Origin: Fonticula alba ATCC 38817
Lineage: Eukaryota > Protista > Nucleariida
Length of the DNA stretch: 7,976 bases
Direction: 5' to 3' (one strand)
Assembly (NCBI GenBank): GCA_000388065.2
Contig: KB932240.1
In this document: one piece after another, positions 5,706 through 7,976 of the stretch
How the letters are laid out: the number at the start of each line of letters is the position of its first letter
Numbering within the stretch: the stretch's first letter is position 1
Notes under the pieces: generated by a model
Told to the model about the DNA's origin: nothing
Seen by the model: the letters and a program-made list of their open reading frames with translations, nothing else
The model's database searches: none
Position numbers and translations under genes: made by a program

Positions 5706-7976
5706 TCAGCATGTGCCGGCCGGCGTGTGGCCAGGGTCGCCGCCCGTGGCGAGGAGGAGAGCCACACAGCGCTGGCGGAAGATCGCCGCGGCCGGGCGCC
5801 GGTCGGCCTGGCTGTGCCAAGCGACCTGGACCAGGTCACGCACACTGGCCAGCGGGCCGTCCGCAGGGAGGGGTGCCGTGTCGGGCCGCCCGTCGGCCTG
5901 GACAGCGGCCACGATCTGGTCCAGGGCCAGCCCGGGCCAGGGGCCGGTCCGGGTGATGCACTCAAGGAGCATGACCGCCGCGCTGTAGACATCGGCCGGG
6001 AAGAAGTGCCGCCGGTCCAGCGGGGCGCCCTGCAGGAAGGCGGCGATCACCTCCGGCGCGGCGTACCGCACGGTCATGGCGTTCAGCTCGGGCATGGTGT
6101 TGACGAGGACCGACGACCGGTCGGTATTGAGATTGCGACTGGTGCCCAGGTCGCCGAGGGCCGCGCGCCAGCCCCCGTCCGGGCGCTGGCTGGCAAACAC
6201 ATTGCCCGGCTTCAGGTCGCAGTGGGCGATCCCGTGCGCGTGCATGGCCTCCAGCCCGGAGGCCCACTGCTGGCAGATGTCCGCCAGCTGCAGGCTTGAT
6301 AGGGGGACCTCCGAGTGCAGCAGCGTGTCCAGGTCCGTGTCGAAGCGCTCCATCACGATGGCCGGCGGCTGCTCGCTGTACCCGAAGAGCCGGACGATGT
6401 GGCCGTGCTCGCGCAGCAGCCACATCAGCGCCACCTCATTTTGGAACATGGCGTGGTGCACCGGGGCCATGGCCTCGGGCCGCATCTTCTTGACGGCCAC
6501 CACGTCCGGGCAGCCCAGCCGCGCGGCGATGCCAGCTCCGATCGCCTGCGCCGCATACACCGACGCCTGGGTCCCGGCGCCCAGCTGCTCATCCAGCGGC
6601 CGGAAGTCCGTGTCCACGCCCACCAGGATGGCCCCGGGCAGGGCCAGCTCCACGATGGTGTTCAGCATGGTGGCGTCCTCGGCGTCCGCCGGGTCCTTGC
6701 CGGTGGCAGCCATGCCGGCGTGCCGGCGCACGAGGAAGAGCACGAGCAGAAGCAGCAGGATCAGCAAAAACAGCAGGCCCAGCGACAGGCCCACCGCCAG
6801 GCCAACATGCGAAGAGCGTGACCCGGGCACCCGGCTGCAGTCCTCGGCCCCGGGCCCGGTGCAGGCGCGGCACTTCACATGGCACGGAGCACACACCGGC
6901 GAGAGGGGCCCCTCCTGGCCGAAGGTGCCGGGCGGGCAGGCCGCCACGCAGGCCGACCCGTCCACCAGGAACAGGCCCCCGGCACACCCATCACAGGACC
7001 CCATGACGGGGCAGGCGAGCGAGCCATCCGCCTCGAGGGTGCAGCCGGCCTGGCCCTCGCCGGCGGTGCACTGCTCGCAGCCGGCCGGGCACCGCAGGCA
7101 GGCCGCATCCACGGGCGCCGAGCCGGCCGGGCAGGAGCCGGCGCATGTGCCGGCACTGGTGCGGACCAGCCCCGCCGGGCAGCTGGTGCAGGAGTCCGCC
7201 TGGCCGAAGCAGGTCCGGCAGCCGGGCTCGCACCAGGCACACCGGTCCGCACCCTGGGGATGGTACTGGCCCGGGGGGCAGGCCCCGTGGCAGGCACCAT
7301 CCGAGAGGACCCACCCGGCGGCACAGGCAGTGCACTCGGCCGAGCAGGGCGCCTGGCCGGGCCGGCACTCGGCGCAGCCCTCCGGGCAGGGGACGCATGT
7401 GCCGGATGGGGCACATGCCAGCCAGCCGGCCGGGCAGCCCGTGTCACACGCCCCGGCCGGGGTCAGGAGGGCGCCCGCCGGGCAGGAGGCACATGTGTCC
7501 GGGGCGCGGCACGTCCGGCACGAGGGGGCACACGGCCGGCACACATTGCCCTGGGGGAAGTAGCCCTCCGGGCAGGAGGACAGGCAGTGGCCCTCGAGGA
7601 GGAGCCGGTCCCCGGGGCAGGAGACGCACTCGCTGCCGTCGGGCCCGGAGCAGGCAGCACACGAGACGCTGCAGGGGAGGCATGCTGGCCCGGCCTGGTA
7701 GGTGCCGGCCGGGCAGGCGCCAAGGCAAGCACCGTCGAGGTGCAGCGGGGCGGCCGGGCCGCAGGTGAGGCAGTGCTCCGGCTCCGGCCCGTAGCACGTG
7801 GCGCAGGACCCGTGGCAGGCGGTGCACAGCCCGCCCAGGGCCACCGACGAGCCGGGGCACCCGGTCACGCAGCTCGGCACGTCCAGCAGCCACCCGCGCT
7901 CGCACAGGGCGCAGGTGGCCGCGCTCGCCGGGCAGCTGGCGCAGTGCGCCTCGCAGGGGGCGCACCCGGCGCCCGA
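5706..7976 (-). CDS. Single-pass receptor-like protein kinase (TKL-like, Ser/Thr-type, non-RD) with furin-like Cys-rich ectodomain; 5'-partial
   Basis: The frame is open from the window edge (SGAGCAPCEAHCASC...) to TGA at 5708-5706, 756 aa. The track's GTG start at 7880 is not a real start. The order is Cys repeats, TM helix, juxtamembrane segment, kinase with all main subdomain motifs, then a short tail. Confidence 0.95.
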   Translation of the reverse strand, partial: SGAGCAPCEAHCASCPASAATCALCERGWLLDVPSCVTGCPGSSVALGGLCTACHGSCATCYGPEPEHCLTCGPAAPLHLDGACLGACPAGTYQAGPACLPCSVSCAACSGPDGSECVSCPGDRLLLEGHCLSSCPEGYFPQGNVCRPCAPSCRTCRAPDTCASCPAGALLTPAGACDTGCPAGWLACAPSGTCVPCPEGCAECRPGQAPCSAECTACAAGWVLSDGACHGACPPGQYHPQGADRCAWCEPGCRTCFGQADSCTSCPAGLVRTSAGTCAGSCPAGSAPVDAACLRCPAGCEQCTAGEGQAGCTLEADGSLACPVMGSCDGCAGGLFLVDGSACVAACPPGTFGQEGPLSPVCAPCHVKCRACTGPGAEDCSRVPGSRSSHVGLAVGLSLGLLFLLILLLLLVLFLVRRHAGMAATGKDPADAEDATMLNTIVELALPGAILVGVDTDFRPLDEQLGAGTQASVYAAQAIGAGIAARLGCPDVVAVKKMRPEAMAPVHHAMFQNEVALMWLLREHGHIVRLFGYSEQPPAIVMERFDTDLDTLLHSEVPLSSLQLADICQQWASGLEAMHAHGIAHCDLKPGNVFASQRPDGGWRAALGDLGTSRNLNTDRSSVLVNTMPELNAMTVRYAAPEVIAAFLQGAPLDRRHFFPADVYSAAVMLLECITRTGPWPGLALDQIVAAVQADGRPDTAPLPADGPLASVRDLVQVAWHSQADRRPAAAIFRQRCVALLLATGGDPGHTPAGTC
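5757..6605 (-). other. Protein kinase catalytic domain of gene 2
   Basis: Gly loop GAGTQASV 6581-6558; VAVK 6500-6489; alphaC FQNEVALM; HIVRLFGY; hinge IVMERF; catalytic loop HCDLKPGN 6224-6201; DLG 6152-6144; YAAPE 6065-6051; ADVYS; GPW; subdomain XI RRP. Confidence 0.95.
6729..6806 (-). other. Transmembrane helix of gene 2 (type I topology)
   Basis: VGLAVGLSLGLLFLLILLLLLVLFLV (26 aa) followed immediately by basic RRH on the cytoplasmic side. Confidence 0.95.
6837..7976 (-). repeat. Furin-like cysteine-rich repeat array of gene 2 (8 CxxCxxxCxxC units visible)
   Basis: CAPCEAHCASC, CTACHGSCATC, CLPCSVSCAAC, CRPCAPSCRTC, CVPCPEGCAEC, CAWCEPGCRTC, CLRCPAGCEQC, CAPCHVKCRAC, with CP.G(Y/F/W)-type linkers; period roughly 45-50 aa. 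Confidence 0.93.

Noticed and set aside
5156-5956. Plus-strand ORF starting MPLLLLLLFLLLFLLL, which looks like a signal peptide or TM segment
   Set aside because: It starts at TTG, not ATG. The poly-Leu is the (TTG)n microsatellite read in one frame, and the rest crosses the (CA)n tract and lies antisense to the kinase.
5706-6605. Calling gene 2 a receptor tyrosine kinase (EGFR/insulin-receptor-like) because of its furin-like repeats
   Set aside because: The catalytic loop is DLKPGN (Ser/Thr type), there are no L domains, and the short C-tail has no Tyr docking sites. No gene symbol is justified.
5713-7768. Plus-strand and alternative-frame ORFs overlapping gene 2 (for example 6076..7563)
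   Set aside because: Shadow frames of the kinase gene, whose own frame explains the codon bias and all motifs
7880-7880. GTG start assigned by the ORF track for gene 2
   Set aside because: The frame stays open with Cys repeats to base 7976, so the real start is outside the window.
1-7976. CRISPR array, prokaryotic operon, transposon, tRNA or rRNA
   Set aside because: The periodicity is protein-level Cys repeats and simple microsatellites. There are no identical spaced DNA repeats, terminal repeats, transposase/RT motifs or structural RNA signatures.

Overview
GC-rich eukaryotic DNA (spliceosomal intron, dinucleotide and trinucleotide microsatellites, 960-N scaffold gap) carrying two large minus-strand, head-to-tail genes for cysteine-rich cell-surface proteins. 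Gene 2 (>7976-5706, 5' end outside the window) gives 756 aa: eight furin-like CxxCxxxCxxC repeats, one transmembrane helix and a complete but atypical non-RD TKL-like Ser/Thr kinase domain (GAGTQASV, VAVK, HCDLKPGN, DLG, YAAPE). Gene 1 (3793-<1, 3' end outside the window) is missed as a unit by the ORF track. It has a signal peptide, a ~365-aa Cys-poor domain, a Cys module interrupted by a 116-nt GT-AG intron (2457-2342), a second ~420-aa Cys-poor domain and then at least seven furin-like repeats; I translated it by hand as stop-free to the window edge (~1225 aa visible). It is probably a paralogous receptor kinase, but its TM and kinase are not visible. The intergenic region holds inverted (GT)17 and (CA)n tracts around a phase-preserving (AAC/ACA)n repeat, plus weak coding-like segments. 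The long plus-strand ORFs are antisense shadows. Style and architecture recall the expanded Cys-rich TKL kinases of the protist Fonticula alba, but that is unverified recollection.
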